This document shows positions 7,475 to 15,234 of a DNA stretch of 31,826 nt, in pieces. The translations under genes and the position numbers were made by a program. The stretch comes from Longimicrobiaceae bacterium (GTDB taxonomy: Bacteria > Gemmatimonadota > Gemmatimonadetes > Longimicrobiales > Longimicrobiaceae), in NCBI GenBank assembly GCA_036260145.1, contig DATAAL010000832.1, forward strand, positions 1 to 31,826. The letters run 5' to 3'. The notes beneath the pieces were generated by a model, which did not search any database, had not been told where the DNA came from, and saw only the letters and a program-made list of their open reading frames with translations. Every line of letters starts with the position of its first letter. Within the stretch, counting starts at the first letter, position 1.

Positions 7475-8578
7475 TTGAGTTCCGCTGATCCCGGCACCCC
7501 TTCCCTCCGCGACCGGCTCCTGGAGCGCATCCGGGCCGGGACGCGGAGGGCGGTCCCCGACGAGGAGTTCGACGCGCTGGCGCGGGCGGTGTTCGCGCAC
7601 CAGTACGCGCGCAACACCCCCTACCGCCTGTTCTGCGAGCGGCGGGGCGCCACGCCGGCGACCGTGGGACACTGGACGGAAATCCCTGCCGTCCCCACCG
7701 ACGCCTTCAAGGCCGCGGGGCTGGTGTGCGGGGACCCGGCGTCCGTCCGTACGGTGTTCCGGACCAGCGGGACCACGGCGGGCCCGGAGCGGCGGGGGGA
7801 GCATTACCTCCCCGACCTGGCGTTCTACGATGCGGCGCTCCGCGAGAGCTTCGCCGCCCACCTCCTCCCGGAGGGGGGGCGGATGCGGATGCTCTCGCTG
7901 ATCCGGCCGCCGGAGGAGGTCCCGGACTCCTCGCTCTCGCACATGGTCGGCGCGGTGGTGCGCGACCTCGGCGCGCCGGGGAGCGGGTACTTCGTCGGGG
8001 AGGTGGGGATCGACCACGCCGCGTTCGGGGCGGCGCTGCGGGACGCGGAGGCGCGGGGGGAGCCGGTCTGCGTCCTGGGCACCAGCTTCGCCTTCGTGCA
8101 CTGGCTGGAGGCCGTGGAGGAGGCCGGGGAGCGCTACGCCCTCCCGACCGGCTCGCGCATCATGGACACCGGCGGGTTCAAGGGACGCTCGCGGGAGGTG
8201 TCGCGCGAGGAGCTGTACGCGGCGCTGGGGGAGCGGCTGGGGGTGGGGACGGAGTGGTGCGTCAACGAGTACGGGATGACGGAGATGAGCTCGCAGTTCT
8301 ACGACGCCGTCGCGGGGGTCCCCGCCCCCCGCCTCCACCGCGCCCCGCCCTGGGTACGCTCCCGGGCCGTGGACCCGGAAACGCTCGACCTCCTCCCGGA
8401 GGGGGAGACCGGCGTCCTCCGCCACTGGGACCTCGCCAACCTACACTCCGTCATGGCCATCCAGACGGCGGACCTGGGCACCGTCGCCCCGGAGGGGGTC
8501 CGGCTGCTGGGGCGGGCGCGCGGAGCCGAGGCGCGGGGGTGCTCCATCGCCATGGACCAGTTCCTGGGGGCCTTGTAG
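7475..8578 (+). CDS. luxE: Acyl-protein synthetase, LuxE family
   Basis: IPAVPTDAFK, FRTSGTT (P-loop-like), LGTSFAF, IMDTGGFKG, NEYGMTEMSSQFY, and C-terminal LLGRARGAEARGCS with the acyl-accepting Cys. The TTG start is approximate. Confidence 0.88.
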   Translation: MSSADPGTPSLRDRLLERIRAGTRRAVPDEEFDALARAVFAHQYARNTPYRLFCERRGATPATVGHWTEIPAVPTDAFKAAGLVCGDPASVRTVFRTSGTTAGPERRGEHYLPDLAFYDAALRESFAAHLLPEGGRMRMLSLIRPPEEVPDSSLSHMVGAVVRDLGAPGSGYFVGEVGIDHAAFGAALRDAEARGEPVCVLGTSFAFVHWLEAVEEAGERYALPTGSRIMDTGGFKGRSREVSREELYAALGERLGVGTEWCVNEYGMTEMSSQFYDAVAGVPAPRLHRAPPWVRSRAVDPETLDLLPEGETGVLRHWDLANLHSVMAIQTADLGTVAPEGVRLLGRARGAEARGCSIAMDQFLGAL

Positions 8579-8602
8579 CGGGGCATACCCAAGTACGGCA
8601 GC

Positions 8603-9259
8603 TCAATGCTCGTCCCCGTACGCCTTCCCCTCCTCGTCCTCCACGATCCGCCGCAGCGCCTCCTCGAAGCTGGCCCCCTCGCTCATCGCCGCCGCCTGCG
8701 CCTCGATCCAGATCCCCCGCAGCACCACCTCCATCAGCGACAGCGACAGGTGCTCCCGCGTGCGGCGCAGCTCCGCCGCCCGGCGCGCCAGGGGGAGGAG
8801 CTCGTCGGGGATGTCCGCCTCGGGGTGGAGGTAGGCCGCCCCCGCCGTCTCCGGGGTCCTCCCGTCCCCCTTCTCCTGGGGCCGCTGCGGCGTGGGGGCG
8901 AACATCGCGGGGTCGCGGGCTACCCGCAGGGCGATGCTCCCCGGCCCGAACGGCTGCCACCACTCCACCAGCTTCCCGGAGAGCTCGTTCAGCACCCCCT
9001 CCACCGCCAGACGCACCGGGCTCTTGCGCGCGGGGGCGTGCCTCCGCCCGCGCTCCAGCACCAGGAGCAGGTCGGCCCCGGGCTGCTCGTGCGCGAACAT
9101 CTGGATCCAGCGGAGTGCGCGGTCCCGCGCCGTGGCCGGCCCCTCCCCCTGCAGGTCGAGCCGCCGGGTGGGCGGGTAGTGCCGCGCCTCGTACTCGCGG
9201 AACAGGTCGTTGAGATGCGTCAACGGGTCTCCCGATGCTGGCGGAACGAGCCTGGTCAT
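8603..9259 (-). CDS. Degenerate Smr-like domain fused to an unknown C-terminal helical domain
   Basis: RRLDLQG...A...ALRWI...LLLVLERG...SPVRLAVEGVL follows the Smr pattern LDLHG...IIHGKG...LK..V. Likely start MTRLVPP at 9259. Confidence 0.6.
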   Translation of the reverse strand: MTRLVPPASGDPLTHLNDLFREYEARHYPPTRRLDLQGEGPATARDRALRWIQMFAHEQPGADLLLVLERGRRHAPARKSPVRLAVEGVLNELSGKLVEWWQPFGPGSIALRVARDPAMFAPTPQRPQEKGDGRTPETAGAAYLHPEADIPDELLPLARRAAELRRTREHLSLSLMEVVLRGIWIEAQAAAMSEGASFEEALRRIVEDEEGKAYGDEH

Positions 9260-9274
9260 CCGGGGAACACGGAT

Positions 9275-9290
9275 TGCAGCGTCCGTGCCC
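9275..9290 (-). promoter_or_regulatory. Possible sigma54 promoter for the Smr-like gene
   Basis: Minus strand reads GGGCACG-GACG-CTGCA with exact -24/-12 spacing. It would give a very short leader to 9259. Confidence 0.45.
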
Positions 9291-9346
9291 TCCCGGCCGG
9301 ATGCACCCGGCGCGCGGCCGGTCTGACCAGAACCAGGGAGCAGCCG

Positions 9347-9754
9347 ATGGCACGCTACGATCGCAGCTACGATTACGGGCTCCGCGGGTACCGGGAGACC
9401 ACCTTCTTCCGCGGCGGACAGGGCGCCCGCCCGCGCGCCTGGGGGTACGATCGGGACTTCGCGTACCCGAGGACCGCGGGCGGAGGGTTCTCCAACCGTG
9501 TCACCGCGCGCTACAACCGCGACTACGCCTACGACCGCCCGTACCGCGGCTTCGAGCGCAACTACAACCCGTACGGCGGGGACCGGATCGGCCGGATCGG
9601 GGACATGCAGGACTACCTGCACGGCTACCACACCATCGGGGGGACGCACACCTCGCGGGGTGGGTTCCAGCCGCCGCACGAGGTACCGAGAGATCCGCTG
9701 CAGGACAACATGGCGAGCGGGTACGACTGGGACCTTCGCCGGGGCCGGTGGTAG
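9347..9754 (+). CDS. Tyr/Arg/Gly/Asp-rich low-complexity protein, predicted disordered (135 aa)
   Basis: AGGGAG RBS before the ATG at 9347. Repeated Y[DN]R[DSP][YF] motifs; no Lys, no Cys. Confidence 0.8.
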   Translation: MARYDRSYDYGLRGYRETTFFRGGQGARPRAWGYDRDFAYPRTAGGGFSNRVTARYNRDYAYDRPYRGFERNYNPYGGDRIGRIGDMQDYLHGYHTIGGTHTSRGGFQPPHEVPRDPLQDNMASGYDWDLRRGRW

Positions 9755-9781
9755 CGGTGGGATGCCGTGCCGGGTAAGGAC

Positions 9782-9817
9782 CGCGGGAGACCCGGGAACA
9801 GCCCCGGGTCTCCCGCG
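9782..9817. repeat. Perfect 15-bp palindrome, fourth member of the 7155-7270 family; possible bidirectional terminator
   Basis: cgcgggagacccggg-aacagc-cccgggtctcccgcg lies between the convergent stops at 9754 and 9866. Confidence 0.8.
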
Positions 9818-9865
9818 ATATCCCCGTCATGAGGAACACCGTCCCCGCATCACCCCCGATCGTAG

Positions 9866-11227
9866 TCACTCCTCCGCCTCCGTCTCCAGTTCGCTCAGCA
9901 GCGGGATCTCCCCCGCCCCCGCGCGCCCTCCACGCCTGCGGCGCGCCGGGGGGACGGGGTGCTCCGGGAACTCCACCTCCGCGCCGGAGTCGCCCAGGGA
10001 GCGGTACACCGCCTCCCCCGTGCGCTTCAGCGCCGCCATAGCCCTCCGTACCTCGTCCGGGGACAGGTCGGTCTCCACCAGCTCCAGGAGCACCTCCCGG
10101 TAGGATACCGCCCTCCCCCGGAACCTCCCGGCCAGGGTACGCGCCAGGCGGCTCACGTCCACCCCCCGCCCACCGGGGGGGAGGAGCGTGGCGTCCGGCT
10201 CCTCCGGGGCGAACAGCTCCAGCACCTCCGCCGGCTCCGCCGCCTCCTCCGCCCGGAAGGAGGTACCCAGCTCCGCCCGGTCCTCCACCCCGGCCTCCCG
10301 CGCCGCGCGGTTCAGCGCCAGCGCCCGCAGGGGGTCCCCGGTCACCAGGAACAGGTAGAGCGAGTCCGCGGGCTCGTCCGAGAGGTGTACCGGGAGGCGC
10401 TTCACCACCCACCCGGCGAGCTCCGCCAGCCGCTCCGCGTACCGCCCGGCGACCCGCGCCTCCGCCGCCCTCTCCCCTCCCTCCCGCTCCGCCTCGCGCC
10501 ACCGGTACACCCACTCGTAGCGCACGTCGCCCAGGAGGGCGGAGTACCCGTCCACCACCCGCCGGACGTGCGTGGGGAGGTCCGCCAGCGTGCTCCCCCG
10601 GTACCGGGCCTGCTTCTGGAGGTCGGCGTGGGGGAAGGAGAGGAGGAGGTCCGCTCCGCGTGCCCTGGCGAGGGTGCGCACCGCCGCGAGGGGGAGCTTC
10701 CCGGCCGCGGGTGGTGCCAGGAAGCAGAGCGCGTGGTCCGCGGACGCCACCCAGCGCGCCACCCGCTCCGCCGCCTCGCCGAAGGCGGCGTGCAGCAGCG
10801 CGATCTCCCCTGCCCCGAGCCCCGCGGGGTCGTCCACGCGGCGGACGCGCCCCCCGAGCCCCACCGCCTCCAGTTCCCGCTCCAGCCGCTCCACCTCCGC
10901 CGGATCCTCCTCCACCAGCACCGCCGTGGCGTGCAGGGGAGCGCGCGCTCCCGGGGCGCGCGCCGCGAGCCGCTCCAGCGCCCGGAGGCCGCGGAGCGCC
11001 GACCCCGCCCCGGCGCCACCCTGCCCCGCCCCCACCAGCGAGTGCCGCCCGCCCGAGTTGCAGAAGCCGTCCACGTACACCACCCGGAGCGGCGGGGGCT
11101 CCGTCCCCTCCTCCGGAGGCTTCGCGCTCCGCAGGCCCCGCGCGACCGCCTCCGACCACTCCGCCAGGTAGTGGTCCAGGATCTCGTGTGCGACGACGGT
11201 GGAGGGGTGCGGAGCGACCGGACTCAC
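9866..11227 (-). CDS. tcmP: TcmP-like (three-Cys-motif partner) methyltransferase-fold protein with a wHTH-like C-terminus, degenerate motifs
   Basis: AHEILDHYLAEW, VYVDGFCNSGG, GSALRGL, VLVEEDP, FLAPP...LP...DLLLSF parallel TcmP KHEILR.YL..W, YIDGFAGPG, GSPL, FIE.D, FLDPFG, EVLINF. GTG start at 11227. Confidence 0.65.
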   Translation of the reverse strand: MSPVAPHPSTVVAHEILDHYLAEWSEAVARGLRSAKPPEEGTEPPPLRVVYVDGFCNSGGRHSLVGAGQGGAGAGSALRGLRALERLAARAPGARAPLHATAVLVEEDPAEVERLERELEAVGLGGRVRRVDDPAGLGAGEIALLHAAFGEAAERVARWVASADHALCFLAPPAAGKLPLAAVRTLARARGADLLLSFPHADLQKQARYRGSTLADLPTHVRRVVDGYSALLGDVRYEWVYRWREAEREGGERAAEARVAGRYAERLAELAGWVVKRLPVHLSDEPADSLYLFLVTGDPLRALALNRAAREAGVEDRAELGTSFRAEEAAEPAEVLELFAPEEPDATLLPPGGRGVDVSRLARTLAGRFRGRAVSYREVLLELVETDLSPDEVRRAMAALKRTGEAVYRSLGDSGAEVEFPEHPVPPARRRRGGRAGAGEIPLLSELETEAEE

Positions 11228-11270
11228 GGACTTCGCCTTCGGGGTACCCGGCGCGGGGAGGGGACGACGA

Positions 11271-11299
11271 AGACTATCCCCGCCACCTACCCCAATCAA
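11271..11299 (-). promoter_or_regulatory. Sigma70-type promoter for the TcmP-like gene
   Basis: Minus strand TTGATT-N17-TAGTCT in a locally AT-richer patch, about 45 nt upstream of 11227. Confidence 0.65.
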
Positions 11300-11412
11300 G
11301 TCCGAAAGTCCCGGGGCGCCCGCGCCCGCGGAACGCGCCGTGCTGCAGGATCCGGCGGTGCGACGGGTCCTCCGTCGAGGGAGCAAACGGAGAAGCGCTT
11401 GGAGGCGAGACA

Positions 11413-11871
11413 ATGGCGGAAACGACGACCACGGGGCGCAGGGCGACGGTGCGCTGCGCCTCCTGCGGCAAGCTGAACCGGGTGGACCTGGCGCGTGCCG
11501 CCGACCGGCCGAAGTGCGGAAGCTGCGGCCGGCCGATCCTTCTGGACCGCCCGCAGGTGCTGACGGACGCGGACTTCGACCGGGTGGTGGGGGACGCCGG
11601 GGTCCCTGTGCTGGTGGACTTCTACGCCGACTGGTGCGGGCCGTGCAAGATCATGGCGCCCACCATCGACCAGCTCGCCCGCGACCGGATGGGGAGCGCC
11701 CTGGTGGCCAAGGTGGATACCGACCGCAACCCCGGGGTCGCCGCGCGCTTCGGGATCCGCTCCATCCCCACCCTGATCGCCTTCCGCGGCGGCCGGGAGG
11801 TGGGGCGCGAGCTGGGGGCGGTCCCCCGGCCGCGGCTGGACGCGCTCCTCGACGCGGCCGGGCGCGGGTGA
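11413..11871 (+). CDS. trxC: Thioredoxin 2 with N-terminal zinc finger
   Basis: CASC...NRV...CGSC followed by VDFYADWCGPCK and IRSIPTL; GGAGG RBS at 11401. Confidence 0.93.
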   Translation: MAETTTTGRRATVRCASCGKLNRVDLARAADRPKCGSCGRPILLDRPQVLTDADFDRVVGDAGVPVLVDFYADWCGPCKIMAPTIDQLARDRMGSALVAKVDTDRNPGVAARFGIRSIPTLIAFRGGREVGRELGAVPRPRLDALLDAAGRG

Positions 11872-11948
11872 AGGACGACGCCGGGCACTCCCCGGCCGGT
11901 GCAGCGTATCAGGAGCGGCCCGCGTGAAGCACCCGTTCCCGGAGCACC

Positions 11949-12629
11949 ATGCAGCCGCCCCGCACCGCGTACCCCGCCACCGAGACCGCCCTCCGCGCCA
12001 CCCTCGGCGACGCGCCGCTCGACCGTGCCTCGTTCGAGCGGCGCCTGGCTCCGTGCACCCTGCCGCACTGCCGGGGGACGTGCTGCTCCGAAGGCGTGCG
12101 GCTGAACGGCGAGGAGGCCACCGTCCTCCGGCACCTGGTGTGCGGGGAGGCGGAGCATCTCCGCTCCCTGGGGGTCGAGGACCCGGAGGGGGCGATCGTG
12201 CGGGAGGGGCGGGGGTGGCGGACCGCGCTCCGGCCGGAGCCGTTCCACGGACGGGTCCCGGACTACCCCGCCCACCTGGGCGACACCGCCTGCACTCTGC
12301 TGCTGGAGGACTCGCGCTGCGCCCTGCAGGTCCTGGCCGAAGCGCGGGGGCTGCACCCGTGGCATTACAAACCACTGGCCTGCTGGCTGCACCCCATCTC
12401 CCTCTCCGCGGAGGGGATCCGCCTGCACGACGAGACCTCGGACCCGTATCGGGAGGACGGCTACGCGGGGTTCACCAGCCAGACGCACTGCGGCCGGACG
12501 GACCCGTGCGGCCAGCCGGCGCGGGAGGTCCTCCGCACGGAGCTGGAATTCCTGGGAGAGATCCTCGGCCGGGATCTCCCGGGGGAGACCCGCGGGGAAG
12601 CCGTGCCGGACGGAGGAGGTGGGACATGA
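11949..12629 (+). CDS. DUF3109/YkgJ-like Cys-cluster (zinc- or iron-chelating) protein
   Basis: CTLPHCRGTCCSEGV...CTLL...CAL...G..PWHYKPLACWLHPI...C. Confidence 0.75.
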   Translation: MQPPRTAYPATETALRATLGDAPLDRASFERRLAPCTLPHCRGTCCSEGVRLNGEEATVLRHLVCGEAEHLRSLGVEDPEGAIVREGRGWRTALRPEPFHGRVPDYPAHLGDTACTLLLEDSRCALQVLAEARGLHPWHYKPLACWLHPISLSAEGIRLHDETSDPYREDGYAGFTSQTHCGRTDPCGQPAREVLRTELEFLGEILGRDLPGETRGEAVPDGGGGT

Positions 12630-13108
12630 TCGCGAAGGAGCCGCTGGCCGCGGGCGGCCGCCTCCCGGACCTCGCCCTCCCGGCGGCGCCGGACGGGCGG
12701 TCCGTGCCGCTCCGCGCCCGGGGGAGGAGCGCGCCCGTGGTGGTGCAGACCCACGGCGCGGGGTGCGCGGAGTGCCGCGCCTGGCTGGAGGGGCTGGCGG
12801 GGGTGGAGGACGCGGTGCGCGAGTGGGACGGGCGCGCGGTGGTGGTGGTGCCGGAGGGGCTCGACGCCGCGGACCGGTTGCAGGCCGCGAGCCGGCTCCC
12901 CTACCCCGTCCTCGCCGACCCGGAGCGCCGGCTCGCGGAGCGGCTGGGGACGGAGGACGCGGTGGTGCTCGTCGCCGACCAGTGGGGGGAGCTGTTCCTG
13001 GTGGCCAACGCGGGCACCGCGCACCGCCTCCCCGACCCCTCCGAGGTGGTGGAGTGGCTCCGCTTCCTCGCGGTCCGCTGCCCCGAGTGCGAGGGAGAGG
13101 CGCTGTAG
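12626..13108 (+). CDS. Redoxin (AhpC/TSA-like thioredoxin fold) protein with CxxC and a C-terminal CPEC
   Basis: GGRLPDLALP, HGAGCAEC, LPYPVLADPE, VLVADQWGEL, WLRFLAVRCPECE; ATGA overlap with the upstream gene. Confidence 0.8.
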   Translation: MIAKEPLAAGGRLPDLALPAAPDGRSVPLRARGRSAPVVVQTHGAGCAECRAWLEGLAGVEDAVREWDGRAVVVVPEGLDAADRLQAASRLPYPVLADPERRLAERLGTEDAVVLVADQWGELFLVANAGTAHRLPDPSEVVEWLRFLAVRCPECEGEAL

Positions 13109-13118
13109 CCGCGGCGGG

Positions 13119-14312
13119 CTACCGCTCGAAGAAGACCGCGTGCAGCCGCCGCACCACCTCCCCCAGACTACGCAGCTCCGCCAGGATCGTCTCCAGGGCG
13201 TAGGTCTCCTCCAGCGACAGGGAGACACTCACCTCCGAGGTGGTGACCACGTCCACCGCCGTCCGGTGCCGGGCGAACACCTCGAACAGGGCGCGGAGGA
13301 AGCCGTGCGCCCCTAGCATCCGCGCCGAGGTCACCCGCAGGACGGTGATCCCCGTCTTGTGCGCGATGGCCCGGACCCCGCCCACACTCGGCTCCACCCG
13401 CCCGTCGATCAGCGTGCTCCCCGCCTCGGGTGCCCGGGAGTTGCAGATCCGCACCGGGATCCCGCGCTCCACCGCGGGCTGGATGGTCTTGGGGTGCAGC
13501 ACCTTCGCGCCGAAGTAGGCCAGCTCCGCGGCCTCCTCGTAGGAGAGGTGGTCGATGCGCCGCGCCTGGGGCACCACTCGCGGATCCGCGGTGAGGAACC
13601 CCGTCACGTCCGTCCAGATCTGGATCTCCCGCGCCCCCAGCGCCGCCCCCACCAGCGCGGCGGTGTAATCCCCCCCCCCGCGCCCCAGGGTGGTGGTGGC
13701 CCCGCTCTCCGCGGCGCCGACGAACCCGCCCAGCACCGGGATCTCCCCCTCCTCCAGCGGAGGGAGGAGGTGGGCGCGCGTGCACCGCTCCGTCGGCTCC
13801 GGGAGCGGCGCGGCCCGCCCGTGCTCCTCGTCGGTGCGGATGCAGTCGCGCGCGTCCACCCAGCGCGCCGGGAGGTCGTGCGCGCGGAGGACCGCGGCCA
13901 GGAGGAGCGAGGAGAGCCGCTCCCCGTAGGAGACCACCTCGTCGCGCAGCGGGCGGCGTGTCCCGGGGTGAGCGGCGATGACGCGCAGCAGGTCGCCGAT
14001 CTCCCTCCGGGTGTCCCGGAGGGCGGAGTGCACCGGCACCGCCCCCGCCGGACTCAGCAGGGCATCCGCCACTCCGGCGTGGCGCTCCAGGTGGCCGCTC
14101 AGCTCGGCGCGGGCGCGCGCCGGATCCCCCGACGCCGCGAGCTGCACCACGTCCAGCAGCGCGTCCGTCATCCGGCTCATGGCCGAGGCCACCACCACCG
14201 GATGCGCGTGCTGCGCGGCGCCCACGATCCGCGCCACGCGCTCGAACGCCGCGGCGTCCTCCACCGAGGTGCCGCCGAACTTGAGGATGGTAGGTCCGGG
14301 ATCAGATGACAT
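13119..14312 (-). CDS. lysC: Aspartate kinase, apparently missing most of the second ACT domain
   Basis: LKFGGTSV, VVASAMSRMTD, VSYGERLSS, TTLGRGGGDYTAA, IWTDVTG..TADPR, EAAELAYFGAKVLHP. It is only 397 aa and ACT1 joins directly to VVRRLHAVFFE. Confidence 0.92.
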   Translation of the reverse strand: MSSDPGPTILKFGGTSVEDAAAFERVARIVGAAQHAHPVVVASAMSRMTDALLDVVQLAASGDPARARAELSGHLERHAGVADALLSPAGAVPVHSALRDTRREIGDLLRVIAAHPGTRRPLRDEVVSYGERLSSLLLAAVLRAHDLPARWVDARDCIRTDEEHGRAAPLPEPTERCTRAHLLPPLEEGEIPVLGGFVGAAESGATTTLGRGGGDYTAALVGAALGAREIQIWTDVTGFLTADPRVVPQARRIDHLSYEEAAELAYFGAKVLHPKTIQPAVERGIPVRICNSRAPEAGSTLIDGRVEPSVGGVRAIAHKTGITVLRVTSARMLGAHGFLRALFEVFARHRTAVDVVTTSEVSVSLSLEETYALETILAELRSLGEVVRRLHAVFFER

Positions 14313-15234
14313 CGGCGTCCGGCTCCGGGCCCTGGGGGTTGAAGAGCGCGGTGCTCAGGTAGCGCGCGCCGGTGTCGGGAGCGATGGTCACCACCCGCCC
14401 CCCCGGCCCCACCTCGCGCGCCACCTGAAGCGCCGCCCATACCATCGCCCCGCCGCTCATCCCCACGAACAATCCCTCCTCCCGCGCCAGCCGCCGCGCC
14501 AGCGGGAAGGCGTCCTCCTCCCACGCCTTCATCAGCCGGTCGATCACGCCGCAGTCCAGGTTGGACGGGATGAACCCCGGCCCCATTCCCTGGAACTGGT
14601 GATGACCGCGCTCCTCCCCGTGCAGCACGGCGGAGCGGCCCGGCTCCACCGCCACCACCTGGACCTCGGGGGCGTGCTCCTTGAGGTAGCGCCCCACCCC
14701 GGAGATCGTCCCTCCGGTCCCCGTGCCGTAGACGAAGGCGTCGATCCGCCCCTCCATCCCGCTCCACACCTCCGGCCCGGTGGTCTCGTAGTGGATCCGG
14801 GGGTTGGCGGGGTTGGCGAACTGGTTGGGGAAGAACGCCCCGGTGGCGTCGCGGATCCGCTCCGCCTCCTCGATGGCCGCGAGCATCCGGCGCTCCGGGT
14901 CGGTGAGGACCAGCTCCGCCCCGTAAGCGCGCAGCGTGGCCTTGCGCTCCTCGCTCATCTGCGCGGGGAGGCAGAGGACCAGTCGGTAGCCGCGCGCGGA
15001 CGCCACCTGCGCCAGCCCGATCCCGGTGTTCCCGGAGGTAGGCTCCACGATGGTCCCGCCCGAAGGGAGGACACCGCGGCGCTCCGCGTCCACGATCATC
15101 GCGAGGGCGGTGCGGTCCTTGATGGAGCCGCCGGGGTTCATCCCTTCCACCTTGACCCACACCTCGGCCATGTCCGGCTCGACGACCCGCTCCAGCCGCA
15201 CCAGCGGGGTGTTCCCGATGAATGCGTCGATCAC
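14302..15234 (-). CDS. cysK: Cysteine synthase A (PLP-dependent O-acetylserine sulfhydrylase)
   Basis: IGNTPLV, KVEGMNPGGSIKDR (PLP lysine), EPTSGNTGIGLA, NQFANPAN, GTGTGGT, EEGLFVGMSGGA. Confidence 0.95.
   Translation of the reverse strand: MIDAFIGNTPLVRLERVVEPDMAEVWVKVEGMNPGGSIKDRTALAMIVDAERRGVLPSGGTIVEPTSGNTGIGLAQVASARGYRLVLCLPAQMSEERKATLRAYGAELVLTDPERRMLAAIEEAERIRDATGAFFPNQFANPANPRIHYETTGPEVWSGMEGRIDAFVYGTGTGGTISGVGRYLKEHAPEVQVVAVEPGRSAVLHGEERGHHQFQGMGPGFIPSNLDCGVIDRLMKAWEEDAFPLARRLAREEGLFVGMSGGAMVWAALQVAREVGPGGRVVTIAPDTGARYLSTALFNPQGPEPDADVI

Noticed and set aside
2744-8578. Bioluminescence operon
   Set aside because: No luxA, luxB, luxD or luxG in the window, and luxC and luxE are not adjacent.
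333-9679. Long N-terminal extensions in the ORF track (333, 2633, 3394, 4205, 4431, 8606, 9679) suggesting fusions such as a 968-aa DacB
   Set aside because: The extensions are low-complexity P/R/G text overlapping other real genes. Internal starts have RBSs or ATGA coupling, so these are not real fusions.
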